Below, in pieces: positions 17,417 through 27,783 of a stretch of DNA of 47,078 bases. Both the position numbers and the translations under genes were made by a program. The DNA comes from Arcicella sp. (GTDB taxonomy: Bacteria; Bacteroidota; Bacteroidia; Cytophagales; Spirosomataceae), in the NCBI GenBank assembly GCA_040403275.1, contig JBBAKZ010000001.1:1-47078 (forward strand). Direction: 5' to 3'. Position 1 is the first letter of the stretch. Every line of letters begins with the position of its first letter. The notes under the pieces were generated by a model, which was not told the origin of the DNA, did not search any database, and worked only from the letters and a program-made list of their open reading frames with translations.

Positions 17417-18735
17417 TGATAGCTTACTAAGCCCTTGTTTGAATCACGGTTCGATTCGTCGGCTGAGAGGTCGGTTGGGTCATTATCTTGATATCGAAAC
17501 CAATGCCAACCTACGCAATTTGGAGCTTTCAGCAATTCCATGCAGAAATTTTGATAGTGAATTCCACGGTCGGCTTGGGTTCTAACTAACCAACCCGCCC
17601 CGGTTTTGTTTTCCATGCCTGAATCTTCGGCTTTTGTATAAAATTCGGTAATGAAAAACGGGCGATTACACCATGCAGCCCAATCACTAATGTTTTTGGC
17701 TTCGGGTTGCCAATAGCCATAATAGTTGATAGAAACAATATCAAGGTGCTTTTCGGCTGCTTTCAAAATCGCTTGTACGTTTTTTGCAGAACTATGCAAA
17801 CGACTCCCAAGGTATAAATGATTTGGGTCATATTTATTCAAAGCTGCCTTGATTTCGCCGTAATAAATATCTGCCACGTAGCCCAAAAATGCCTCTTTTT
17901 GTCCTTTCGTTAATTTATTTTTATCAAATCCATTTTCACTAGCCCATTTTTCGAGCGCCAATACATCGGCGGAGCTTTTATCAGTCTTGGCTAAAATCTT
18001 ATTGAGTAAATCATTGGTAAAAGTCAATTCATTGTCTGAAAAATGACCTAAGAGGTTTTTATCTGATGCTGTGGCCAACACCATTTTTTTGGCGTGTTCA
18101 TCACAAAATAGTTTAAAGCTTGGCTCAAAAATCAATGATAAACTATTTTCTTTTTCTGCTCCAATTTTCTTATTTCTTTTTGAAAATTCTCCCAAAAAAC
18201 TCAACATTGTGGTATAAACAATCGGTTTTTCTGGATGTGAAACATTGTATTTTTGAATCAATTCCACTTCCGACCACGCTCCAATCACATTAAAGTCAGC
18301 CTCTTTTATAAGTTTATTGGTTTGCACCAGCCATTCTTCGGGCGTGCCAAATTTAGCTTTTAGAGAAAGTTCATTATTAGGCGATTTCCCCATTCGAACA
18401 CTATTGACGGCAGCGGTAACAAAATAATGCCCTTCAGGGTCAATTATCCACCAACGATTTCCAATCTTTTCGGTTCTAAAAAAACCCGTTACTTTCGCAT
18501 TTGAAAGTAAATCCCCCCCGTATTTATCCGTTTTCACTTTTGTAATTGGGCTGAAATTGGGTAGGATATCTACCGTTTTGCTTTGGTAAGTTTTCCAATC
18601 TGAAATAACAATATTACGCAAGCTATCTCGTCCCCAAGTTTTGGCTTGAATGCTTATCATCCCGTTCATATTTTGTTGAGCAAAACAAGTATTGAGAATA
18701 ATAAAGCAAAAGAGTGTGGTTAGGTATTTTTTCAT
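17329..18735 (-). CDS. GH50-like (beta-agarase-related, clan GH-A) glycoside hydrolase, substrate unknown
   Basis: TGFFRTEKIGNRWWIIDPEG, GHFSDNEL (acid/base), YLGSR, SINYY, ITEF (nucleophile), VGWHWFRYQD. Likely start MKKYL at 18735 gives a signal peptide (ORF track starts at 18792). Confidence 0.78.
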   Translation of the reverse strand: MKKYLTTLFCFIILNTCFAQQNMNGMISIQAKTWGRDSLRNIVISDWKTYQSKTVDILPNFSPITKVKTDKYGGDLLSNAKVTGFFRTEKIGNRWWIIDPEGHYFVTAAVNSVRMGKSPNNELSLKAKFGTPEEWLVQTNKLIKEADFNVIGAWSEVELIQKYNVSHPEKPIVYTTMLSFLGEFSKRNKKIGAEKENSLSLIFEPSFKLFCDEHAKKMVLATASDKNLLGHFSDNELTFTNDLLNKILAKTDKSSADVLALEKWASENGFDKNKLTKGQKEAFLGYVADIYYGEIKAALNKYDPNHLYLGSRLHSSAKNVQAILKAAEKHLDIVSINYYGYWQPEAKNISDWAAWCNRPFFITEFYTKAEDSGMENKTGAGWLVRTQADRGIHYQNFCMELLKAPNCVGWHWFRYQDNDPTDLSADESNRDSNKGLVSYQYKPYLPLLDKMKVLNLNKYELIKYFDKK

Positions 18736-18853
18736 TGATAATAAGTTTTGTAATAATGTTACTTGTTGAAGTATAATTTTAGTCATATTCATAATTGATC
18801 ATAATATCTTCAACTATCATTAATGAAATACGGACGCTTATCCGTTTGAAATT

Positions 18854-19615
18854 TTAGGGGTAAATGATCTTTACCATAACATACAATAAAGAGGGGCATA
18901 ATAAACAGCCCAATCCTGTGTAAAAGGTGGCGGTCATTGCTCCATAAGGCACCAATTTAGGGTCAGTGGCGGCTAATCCAGCGGCGGTTCCACTGGTTGT
19001 ACCCATCAATCCGCCATAAATCATGGCTGCTTGTGGATTATTTAAACCAATATGACGGGCGATAAATGGCGTACCGATGGTTACTAAGATTGATTTAACT
19101 ACCCCAGCGGCAATACTGATGGCAATTACCTCGGAACTTGCTCCAACTGCCGTGCCCGTAACTGGACCCACTACAAAAGTGCAAGCGCCTGCGCCAATGG
19201 TTGTAATACTGGCTGCATCGTGAAAACCCATACCTACGGCGATGACCGCCCCAGCCAAAAATGATAAAATAACACCAACGATAAGCGAGGTTACACCCGC
19301 CAAGCCTGTTTTTTTGATTACCGCAAAACTTGCTCCCATGGCCGTAGAAACGATGGCAAAATCACGGAACATGGCACCGCCCATGAATTCAAATCCTGAT
19401 AATTGTTTGATGTCGGCAATGCCCTTGTTTCCTCCCGTAATCTTACCCCCAATGTATGCCAGTACTAAGCCCGAAAAAATAGCAATGGCAGAACCGGGTA
19501 TTTTTTTGTTGGTGAGGGTTTTGGAAAGCCATTCGGAAAAATACATGACGATGCCCGTCACTAAAAACGCAACAATTAATCCATTTTTTACCAATAAAGT
19601 GGTTATGTACTCCAT
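18854..19615 (-). CDS. madM: Malonate transporter subunit MadM
   Basis: 253-aa hydrophobic protein; GSAIAI, MGGAMFRDFAIV, VGPVTG, GGLMGTTSG, LVPYGAMTATFYTGLGCLL. Confidence 0.92.
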   Translation of the reverse strand: MEYITTLLVKNGLIVAFLVTGIVMYFSEWLSKTLTNKKIPGSAIAIFSGLVLAYIGGKITGGNKGIADIKQLSGFEFMGGAMFRDFAIVSTAMGASFAVIKKTGLAGVTSLIVGVILSFLAGAVIAVGMGFHDAASITTIGAGACTFVVGPVTGTAVGASSEVIAISIAAGVVKSILVTIGTPFIARHIGLNNPQAAMIYGGLMGTTSGTAAGLAATDPKLVPYGAMTATFYTGLGCLLCPSLLYVMVKIIYP

Positions 19616-19618
19616 GAC

Positions 19619-19981
19619 TTATGGCTCTTTTTTTGATAATTTTGAAATATACGGCATCGTTGCTAAACAAATAAGCATGGGAATAACGCCTACCAAAACA
19701 GCAACGACACCACTTGAAATAGCAACTCGCACATTTTGTATCGACGACATTGCCACAATGATTGGAATGTACATTTTGCTCCAAAAATTCACCCCTTCCT
19801 CCATTTCTTTATGAAATAGTCCCTTTTTTTCCAACTCATTTTGGGTTAAAATAAGTAGTAACATGGCGAAGCCAACTCCCCCCACATTGGCATCAATGTG
19901 TAACCAACGACCTAACGTTTCGCCTGTTATTTGTCCAATAATGAAACAGCCGGCTAGTAGGGCAACCCCTCTTAATAACAT
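19619..19981 (-). CDS. madL: Malonate transporter subunit MadL
   Basis: GVALLAGC, ANVGGVGFAMLLL, FWSKMYIPIIVAM, QNV; directly upstream of madM. Confidence 0.92.
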   Translation of the reverse strand: MLLRGVALLAGCFIIGQITGETLGRWLHIDANVGGVGFAMLLLILTQNELEKKGLFHKEMEEGVNFWSKMYIPIIVAMSSIQNVRVAISSGVVAVLVGVIPMLICLATMPYISKLSKKEP

Positions 19982-20015
19982 ATCTATTTGGGTTTATTTT
20001 ATTTTTTGTGGTGAT

Positions 20016-21518
20016 TTAAGAATTAACCAAGAACTGTTTTTTAACCTCATTTTTAGTAACTTTTCCCATGGCATTGCGAGGCAGCTCATCGGTAAGTTCA
20101 TACCTTCGAGGTGTTTTGTAGGCAGGCATTTGAGTTCGCATCCAGTTATTCAATTCTGCTAAATCAATTTGTTCATCCTTCGGAACAATCACTGCAACGA
20201 CTAATTCACCCCATTCGTCATCGTCAATTCTAACCACGCAACAATCTGAAATTAAAGGGTATGTACGCAAAACTTCCTCTATTTCCAAAGCCGAAATTTT
20301 ATAGCCACCCGATTTAATAATATCCACCGAATTTCTTCCCAGAATACGATAACCACCTACTTCATCAACGGTGGCTACATCACCAGTTTTAAACCAACCA
20401 TCTTTAGTAAATGACTCGGCTGTAGCTTCTGGTTTATTCCAATATTCACCAAATACGTTTGCCCCCTTTACTTGTATTTCTCCGATTTCAGTTGGTGAGA
20501 TTTCCTGATCTTGTTCATCAGCCAAACGAACTTGAACGCCAGGCAACGGATAACCAACATGACCAGCGTAACGCTTACCTTTAAGCGGATTGCTCAATGC
20601 CATGCCAATTTCTGTCATGCCATAACGCTCTAAAAGCGTATGGTTGCTAATTATCTGCCATTTTTCCATAATTGAAACTGGCAAAGCCGCCGAACCAGCA
20701 ATCATTAAGCGTAAACTTTCCATGATTTTGGTTAATTCATTTTGGTCATCAACAGGAAGCGTTTCCCAATAAGCAATGAGTTTAAAGTAAATAGTTGGCA
20801 CCGCCATAAATACATTTATTTTACCTCGCTTGAAAGCATCAAAAATACCTTTTGCAGAAAAACTGGGCAAAAACTCGCAACAAGCCCCAGCCCATAACGC
20901 ACAACTGACTACATTGACAATTCCGTGTACGTGGTGAAGTGGCAAAACACAAATGGAATGGTCATTTTTTGACCATTCCCAAGCTTCAATTAAGGATTCA
21001 ATTTGGGCATTCAAATTTTGATGAGTAGTTACAACCCCTTTTGGTAAATTGGTTGTACCGCTGGTATAAAGAATCATTGCCCGCCGACTTTCACGAATGG
21101 CTGGTAAAACCACGTTTTCTTGTGCATGGATTAAATCGTCTGTGCCTAAAACAATAAATCGCAATGATTTTTCAAGCGCAAGGGGTTGTAATAAATCAGC
21201 ATATTCGGGAGAAACAACCAATATTTTTGCTCCAGAATTTTCAATTGTATAGGTCAATGAAGGTAAAGGATAGCTCAAACACAAAGGCACGGTAATTCCA
21301 CCTGCCTGCCAAATTCCCCATTGTACCCGCACATATTCAAAGCCAGGGGATACCATAAAAGCAACACAAGTTTCATTGAGATCAGTTTGTTCACCAAGTA
21401 AAACATTGGAAAATTTACCTGACTCATATAATAATTGTTTATACGAGTACGAACGAGTATCATCAATAATGGCGGTTTTTTCAAGGTTTTTATGTGCTTC
21501 CTTAACGATTTTGAGCAT
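20016..21518 (-). CDS. matB: Malonyl-CoA synthetase (MatB/ACSF3-like acyl-CoA synthetase)
   Basis: YTSGTTNLPKG, LPLHHVHG, FMAVPTIY, GSAAL, ERYGMTE, DIIKSGGYKISALEIE, PRNAMGK; adjacent to madLM. Confidence 0.85.
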   Translation of the reverse strand: MLKIVKEAHKNLEKTAIIDDTRSYSYKQLLYESGKFSNVLLGEQTDLNETCVAFMVSPGFEYVRVQWGIWQAGGITVPLCLSYPLPSLTYTIENSGAKILVVSPEYADLLQPLALEKSLRFIVLGTDDLIHAQENVVLPAIRESRRAMILYTSGTTNLPKGVVTTHQNLNAQIESLIEAWEWSKNDHSICVLPLHHVHGIVNVVSCALWAGACCEFLPSFSAKGIFDAFKRGKINVFMAVPTIYFKLIAYWETLPVDDQNELTKIMESLRLMIAGSAALPVSIMEKWQIISNHTLLERYGMTEIGMALSNPLKGKRYAGHVGYPLPGVQVRLADEQDQEISPTEIGEIQVKGANVFGEYWNKPEATAESFTKDGWFKTGDVATVDEVGGYRILGRNSVDIIKSGGYKISALEIEEVLRTYPLISDCCVVRIDDDEWGELVVAVIVPKDEQIDLAELNNWMRTQMPAYKTPRRYELTDELPRNAMGKVTKNEVKKQFLVNS

Positions 21519-21623
21519 AAATATCTATTTGCTTTTTTTAGGGATATTTTTTTAAACAATTTAAAAAAAACTTGTACAGAATAATTATTGGAAGACATCT
21601 TATCTTCCAATAATTATGATGAA

Positions 21624-23297
21624 TTAATACCCCGGATTTTGTGGCATCACTTTGGTTAAATTAGCATCAATTACCGTTTGTGGAATTGGCATAATAGTAT
21701 CTCTCAGGCTAATTAACGCCCCCGCATTGATATTATATTTCTTGGTTCGGTCAAACCAGGTTTTGGTTCTTAGCAGTGTGTATCTTCTATGTTCTTCCGT
21801 TATTAATTCTCTCGAACGCTCATCCAAAATAAAATCAAGTGTTACTTGCGAGGCAGTTATAGGCGTGGCCTTAGCTCTATTACGTAAAATATTGATGGTA
21901 GTTGCTGCATCCGCCAATTCGCCTAATTTGAATTGAGCTTCGGCTAATAACAAATAAGTTTCAGCCAAACGCAAGTAAATAATGTCATTGAAATTGCTTG
22001 ATTGTTGTAAATCGGATGCAATTGAAGGAGCCCAGTCCCATTTTCGGGTACTTGGCCAAGTTTGAGCAGTGGTTGAATTCGTAACCGGTTCACTGCCCGT
22101 AAAGCTCAATTTTACAATATCTCCCAACTTAGCTCCTGTTGGTAATGAAGCAGCATTATTCATTGCGTAGGAATATCTCCATGCAAAATCTCCACCACGT
22201 TCATCGGTTGATCCATACAGTGAGAGTGCATATTTTGTTACGCCAAATCTCCCAATTCCTCTTCCACCATTCTCGACTGAAAAGGTGATAGGAGTTTTAC
22301 CACTAACCGAAATCCTTTCATAACGATTTACCCACCAGCGTCGCATGATACAAGCAGTTGCTCCAGGGGATAAATATTCATTTTGTAGTACGTACAATGC
22401 TTCGGTATTGCCCTCGCTTCTATTAGAATTTCCATCAATGAACATATCGGTAAATGGTGTTCCTGGCAAACTTTTATTTACGCCATAACGTGCCGTTACT
22501 AATTTGAACAAACCTGCATTTACCACTGATTGAGCTTTTTGTTTGGCTTTTATGTTATCACCAATTGTCAGATATAATTCAGCTAAATAATGTGTTGCCA
22601 CTGCTCTGGGAAAGCGTGCTGCATTAGGTGAAGTTTCGGCAATGTTAGCTTCGGCGTACAATAAATCCTCTTCCATTGCTTTTCTGACCGTACCGATTGG
22701 AGTGCGTTCCCAGTCCGTTTTTATCGAATTCCCAGTAGATTCAGTTAAATTAAGCGGTACATTACCAAACATAAAAGTTAAATGACGATACGCCCAAGCT
22801 CTTACCAGTCTAGCTTCCCCCACGATTTGTTTTTTTTCTGTTTCCGTCCACTTAATAGATGGATTTTCAGCTCTATCAATAATCGTATTTGCTGCGTTAA
22901 TTGTCTGATAAAGCCATTGCCAAACATTCTGAATGTATGGAACGGCTGGATTAAGCGTCACACCGAAAGTATTAAATACCCGCTCGGGTTGTTGGGCTCC
23001 CGCTGGAAAAGGGCTGTAAGCATTGTCAACACCAACGAATGCTGGCGTAATGTACATATCATTGGTAGAAGCAACTACAACGGGATTTGAATTTGCGCCA
23101 TCAATGCCTGCTCTTTCGAGTCTTATTAGATTATATAATCCATAAAGACCCGCCTCGAAACCTGTTTTGTCCACATAGAGGTTGTCTGGAGCAATGATAT
23201 TTACGGGTTGTTCTATTAAAAAATCTTCTTTACAGCCAGTTGTCGTAAAACTGGCAATTAAAGTGACCAAAAATATTTTTATCGTATTATTTTTCAT
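21624..23297 (-). CDS. susD: SusD/RagB family glycan-binding lipoprotein
   Basis: Lipobox TTGC; GEARLVRAWAY, LRLAETYLLLAEA, ILDERSREL. Likely start MKNN at 23297. Confidence 0.93.
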   Translation of the reverse strand: MKNNTIKIFLVTLIASFTTTGCKEDFLIEQPVNIIAPDNLYVDKTGFEAGLYGLYNLIRLERAGIDGANSNPVVVASTNDMYITPAFVGVDNAYSPFPAGAQQPERVFNTFGVTLNPAVPYIQNVWQWLYQTINAANTIIDRAENPSIKWTETEKKQIVGEARLVRAWAYRHLTFMFGNVPLNLTESTGNSIKTDWERTPIGTVRKAMEEDLLYAEANIAETSPNAARFPRAVATHYLAELYLTIGDNIKAKQKAQSVVNAGLFKLVTARYGVNKSLPGTPFTDMFIDGNSNRSEGNTEALYVLQNEYLSPGATACIMRRWWVNRYERISVSGKTPITFSVENGGRGIGRFGVTKYALSLYGSTDERGGDFAWRYSYAMNNAASLPTGAKLGDIVKLSFTGSEPVTNSTTAQTWPSTRKWDWAPSIASDLQQSSNFNDIIYLRLAETYLLLAEAQFKLGELADAATTINILRNRAKATPITASQVTLDFILDERSRELITEEHRRYTLLRTKTWFDRTKKYNINAGALISLRDTIMPIPQTVIDANLTKVMPQNPGY

Positions 23298-23348
23298 TTT
23301 TCTAAATTTTAAAAAAGAAACCATTAGGGGTTGAGTGATTCAATTACT

Positions 23349-26300
23349 TTAAAAACCGAAGTTCATTCCAAAAATAAGTTCACGTTGTAATGGTACGTCT
23401 AATTGATTATTAATTTCGGGGTCAAGCCCTGAATATTTTGTAAACGTTGCTAAATTCCGACCTGTTACATAAAACTTTAACTTACTCAATTTCAACCGAT
23501 TGACTACCTTATTTGGCAATTGATAAGCCAATGAAACATCTTTCAAGCGAGCGAAACTCGCATCTTCGTAAAATCGAACGTTAAAAGTGTTTGCCAGACC
23601 ATCGTTAGAAAAGTGAGTACCTGAAGTATTAGTGGGAGACCACCAATCTTTTTTAGTGGTATTTCTACGAACATCGCCAAAAACATCGTCCTGCTCTAAC
23701 GGATTTTCTTTAGTTACACCCAGAAGTCCGTTAAAGAAAACCATTAGACTGAATCCTTTGTAACTGAAAGTATTGGAGAATCCAAAAACTACTTTTGGAT
23801 CGCTGTATCCCAAAATAGTTCTATCAAGGGTTGTGCTAATTTTTTTATCACCATCTACATCAACTACTTTCACGTAACCGGGTTTACTTGTTGTTTGAGC
23901 CGAAGCATCCACGTCAGCCTGTGTTGTAAAAATTCCGCCGTTTTGTAGTCCATAGATAGTTCTGATGGGTTGCCCGATGAACCAACCATTCGCCACATCG
24001 TCTCGGCCATCGCCGTAAAGGTCAACTATTCTGTTTTTGTTATGAGAAAGATTAAGATTTGTCGTCCATTTAAAGTCATGGGCATTATAATTAATTGAAG
24101 TGATACCCAACTCTATCCCGCTATTGGCAGTTTTTCCTATGTTTTGCAGTATTCTATCAAACCCTTGTACGGATGAAATGATTCGATTGAGTAATAAATC
24201 TTGGGTTTCACCAGCGTACACGTCTATTGAACCTTGTACACGATTGTTAAATAATCCAAAATCAAGACCAATTGTCTTTGATGTAGTAGATTCCCATCCT
24301 AATTTTTCATTAGCCAATTTATTAGGAACATACCCTGTTATAACCGTTGCACCATTCAAATATTGACGAGTTGCCAGCGTTGCCAAAGACTGATAACTTG
24401 ATACGGCTTGATTACCATTAACGCCATAAGATCCTCTGAGTTTTAGGTTACTAATAAATTTAATGTTTTGCATAAAGGCCTCTTTTGAGATATTCCAACC
24501 GAAAGCCAGCGAAGGGAAAACCCCGTATTTTGAATTCACGCCAAAACCTGAAAAACCATCCCTTCGGGCAGTAACCGTTAATAAATATCGGCTATCGTAA
24601 CTGTAATTTAGGCGTCCCATTTGTGATACTAAATTTTGCGTATAATTCTCATGGGATGGCGTGAGCAAAGTAGCCGCATTCATTTGATAATTGGTCAATA
24701 CATCATTGGGAAAACCCACACCAACTAGTTGGTCTCGGTCATAATCGTGACTTTGAGAGCTGTATAATGCTGTTATGTTGATATTATGCTTACCAAAATC
24801 TCTTGCATAGGATATGATATTTTCTACCGTAAAATTTCTTTCGATTGAATTAAAATTAGTGGCACTTCCTTTCTTTTCATAGCCAACAGCCGTACCCACA
24901 CCGTAGTAGGTTTTTCGTAAATTATTGTCGTATTCAACCCCAGTATTCAGCTTATAGGAAAGCCCCTTTACGAAAGGGATATCAATTTTGACATTATTGG
25001 CACTAAATATTCGATAGCCGTTATCTTTATTGATAGCCTGAGTTTCTCCGAGAGGATTACCCGCAGTGTTATATTCTGGCCAAGCATAGACGGTTGGCGT
25101 ACCGTCTTCGTTAAAAGCGGTGGTTAATGGGTTCATAACGTTTGCCCCAAACTGTCCTGCAAAATCCGCCGGACGACCACTTCGGTCTTGAAAGGAAAAC
25201 TGAGTTGATGAGCCAATTGTAAGCCAGGGTGTAACTTTTACATCAATATTTGGACGAATAGAATATCGTTTAAATTGGTCATTTACGGCAATTCCTTGCA
25301 CGTTTAAATATGTACCACCTAAGTAAAACGAGATTTTATCCGTTCCGCCCGCCAACGATAAGGTATGCTGTGACCTTGTACCTTGTTGCGTAGCCAAACT
25401 GTACCAATCAATCGCTTTCCCAGCATCATATATTGCTTGTTCGGATGGTGTTATTGAATTGGCGGGAATATTTAACCTGTTTTTCTTGAAATCATAAAAC
25501 TCGGTACCTGTCATTAAATTTGGTTTATTGGCAATATTTTGAACGCCATAAAAACCATCGTAGGTAATATTTAATTTCCCCTTTTTTCCTTGCTTGGAAG
25601 TTACCAGTATTACTCCATTAGAAGCTCTTGCACCGTAAATCGCCGCCGCCGATGCATCTTTCAAGACTTCAATGGATTCTACATCATTGGGATTTATTTC
25701 CGAAATACCGCCCGTGTAGGGAATTCCGTCCCAAATAATCAATGGGTTTGTGCTGGCACTGATTGAATTTCTACCTCTAATCAGAATAGAATTATCATTG
25801 CCTTCTGCTCCGCCACTATTGGTATTAATTTGTAAGCCAGGTATTGCCCCCTGCAAAGCTTGAGCAATGTTGGTATTGGGAAGTTGCTCTAATCTTTCTC
25901 TTGAAACCGAAGCAACAGAACCCGTTACATCGCTTTTCTTTTGGCTACCGTAGCCCACAACAATTACTTCGTCGAGTACTTTTGTATTTACTTTTAAACC
26001 AACATTGAAAATGGTTTGATTTCCGACAACTATTTCTTGTTGTTCGTAACCCACAAAACTAAAAACTACAATCGATTTTTCGTTTGGAACATTCAGTCTA
26101 AAATCCCCTTTACTATCGGTTGTTGTACCGTCATTTGTTCCTTTAATGAAAATATTTACCCCAGGCAAAGCCTCGTTGTTAGCAGAATCACTAACTTTTC
26201 CAGAAATCAGTTTCTCAACAATTAAGTTCTTTTCAGTATTACGAGCTCCTTGGGCTTCTGAAAGTAGATTTCTATCAGCGTTTTGGAGTAAAGAATTTAT

Positions 26301-26705
26301 TTGATTGGGCGTTGATGCTTCTTGTATTTGAGCCTCCAGTTGAGCCGTTTTCTTATTTCGCTTTTCACCCAGAACCAAATAAGTACCCTCCTTAATTTTC
26401 TTATACCTTAACCCTAACGGGCTTAGAATATTACCTAAATTACGCTCAAATTTTGATTCGAAGTTCAATAAATTGACTGATACAGATAAGCATTCAACAA
26501 CGTTATCTTCAAACAAAATATCAATTTTGTAATGCGATTTCAAGTCACGAAGGGCATCTTTTAGTAAGATTGATGTTACTTTCGTTGAACGAGGAACTTG
26601 CGGTTCAGCATACGCTAACATTTGGGCAATGCTGGTGTTTTGACCTATAAACAGCATCATTAGCATAAAAAAAGTCTTCCAGACTAATCGTAGTTTTTGT
26701 TTCAT
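23349..26705 (-). CDS. susC: SusC/RagA TonB-dependent transducer with N-terminal signalling extension
   Basis: VVVGYG-type motif (VIVVGYGSQKK), INPNDVESIEVLKDASAAAIYGARASNGVILVT, LGWE, C-terminal FGF; long N-terminal extension consistent with FecR coupling. Confidence 0.96.
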   Translation of the reverse strand: MKQKLRLVWKTFFMLMMLFIGQNTSIAQMLAYAEPQVPRSTKVTSILLKDALRDLKSHYKIDILFEDNVVECLSVSVNLLNFESKFERNLGNILSPLGLRYKKIKEGTYLVLGEKRNKKTAQLEAQIQEASTPNQINSLLQNADRNLLSEAQGARNTEKNLIVEKLISGKVSDSANNEALPGVNIFIKGTNDGTTTDSKGDFRLNVPNEKSIVVFSFVGYEQQEIVVGNQTIFNVGLKVNTKVLDEVIVVGYGSQKKSDVTGSVASVSRERLEQLPNTNIAQALQGAIPGLQINTNSGGAEGNDNSILIRGRNSISASTNPLIIWDGIPYTGGISEINPNDVESIEVLKDASAAAIYGARASNGVILVTSKQGKKGKLNITYDGFYGVQNIANKPNLMTGTEFYDFKKNRLNIPANSITPSEQAIYDAGKAIDWYSLATQQGTRSQHTLSLAGGTDKISFYLGGTYLNVQGIAVNDQFKRYSIRPNIDVKVTPWLTIGSSTQFSFQDRSGRPADFAGQFGANVMNPLTTAFNEDGTPTVYAWPEYNTAGNPLGETQAINKDNGYRIFSANNVKIDIPFVKGLSYKLNTGVEYDNNLRKTYYGVGTAVGYEKKGSATNFNSIERNFTVENIISYARDFGKHNINITALYSSQSHDYDRDQLVGVGFPNDVLTNYQMNAATLLTPSHENYTQNLVSQMGRLNYSYDSRYLLTVTARRDGFSGFGVNSKYGVFPSLAFGWNISKEAFMQNIKFISNLKLRGSYGVNGNQAVSSYQSLATLATRQYLNGATVITGYVPNKLANEKLGWESTTSKTIGLDFGLFNNRVQGSIDVYAGETQDLLLNRIISSVQGFDRILQNIGKTANSGIELGITSINYNAHDFKWTTNLNLSHNKNRIVDLYGDGRDDVANGWFIGQPIRTIYGLQNGGIFTTQADVDASAQTTSKPGYVKVVDVDGDKKISTTLDRTILGYSDPKVVFGFSNTFSYKGFSLMVFFNGLLGVTKENPLEQDDVFGDVRRNTTKKDWWSPTNTSGTHFSNDGLANTFNVRFYEDASFARLKDVSLAYQLPNKVVNRLKLSKLKFYVTGRNLATFTKYSGLDPEINNQLDVPLQRELIFGMNFGF

Positions 26706-26726
26706 AATGAGAAATTAGTAATTAAA

Positions 26727-27722
26727 TTATTCAAAAAAAGTAACATTATTATTTTGGCGATTGTAATTGATTTCTAGTAATTCGGCAATGACTTGGAGTA
26801 GCTCATCAGCGTTTTTGGCGTGAAAAGTACCACTGATTGTCCTTTTTGCTAAAAGTTCATCTCTAAATTCAATATGTATATCAAAGTTTTCTTGAATCAT
26901 GGTTGCCACTGCTAATAATGAGGTTTCCTCAAATACAAACCGTTGTTCTTTCCAGGCTGAGAAGATTTGAGGCTGTGACACTTCTTTCAAATTTGCATGA
27001 CCTTTTTGGTCTATCATTACCAAATCGCCTGGTTTCATGGTAATTTTTTTGGCTAATTTTCCGTCGATATAATTAAGTTGAATTTTCCCTTTGTTAAGTA
27101 CAACTTTAGCCTCTTTCTGACGGGCATAAACGTTGAATTCTGTTCCTAAAACTTCTATTTCAAAGTTCTTGTTGGTTTTTACGATAAACCGCTTGTCGTC
27201 AAGGGTGTGTTTAACTGAAAAATTGGCTTCGCCACTTAGAAAAACCTCACGGATTGAATTATCAAATCCAAATCGGGGAACTTTTAGAAAAGAATTGGCA
27301 TTCAGGGTGACTTGGCTTCCATCCGAAAGTTCGATTTTTCTAATTTCACCAAAAGCAGTTTTATAATGATGATAAAGAATATTGTCTTTGCCTAGAATAA
27401 AACTCACTGAAAACAGCAATAGTAGCACAGCAGCAGCGGCAAACCAAGAACGATTTTTATAATAATAATTGATGGCTGGCCGTTTTCGGGAACTCATCAT
27501 AAAATCCTCTGATTGTTCAATTTTAAGTAAAGATTTTTCAAGTGCAGTATCCACATCGGGTAATAATTGGATGAATTGATTTTCCCATTCGTCGAGCCAT
27601 TGGTAGTATAATTCCTTATTATTTTCTTCTTGTATCCAAGCTTCAATTAGCTTCTTTTGCAGTGGTGTAGTTCGACCAGCAAAATTTTCAAATAATATAT
27701 TTTTATTAACTGATTTGTTCAT
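26727..27722 (-). CDS. FecR-family anti-sigma factor
   Basis: One TM helix; LSDGSQVTLNANS, REVFLSGEANF, VLGTEFNV. Confidence 0.93.
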   Translation of the reverse strand: MNKSVNKNILFENFAGRTTPLQKKLIEAWIQEENNKELYYQWLDEWENQFIQLLPDVDTALEKSLLKIEQSEDFMMSSRKRPAINYYYKNRSWFAAAAVLLLLFSVSFILGKDNILYHHYKTAFGEIRKIELSDGSQVTLNANSFLKVPRFGFDNSIREVFLSGEANFSVKHTLDDKRFIVKTNKNFEIEVLGTEFNVYARQKEAKVVLNKGKIQLNYIDGKLAKKITMKPGDLVMIDQKGHANLKEVSQPQIFSAWKEQRFVFEETSLLAVATMIQENFDIHIEFRDELLAKRTISGTFHAKNADELLQVIAELLEINYNRQNNNVTFFE

Positions 27723-27783
27723 TTTAATCTCATTTAAAAGAATTCATTGATGTGGTATACACCCATTTTTAGGATTGCAAATG

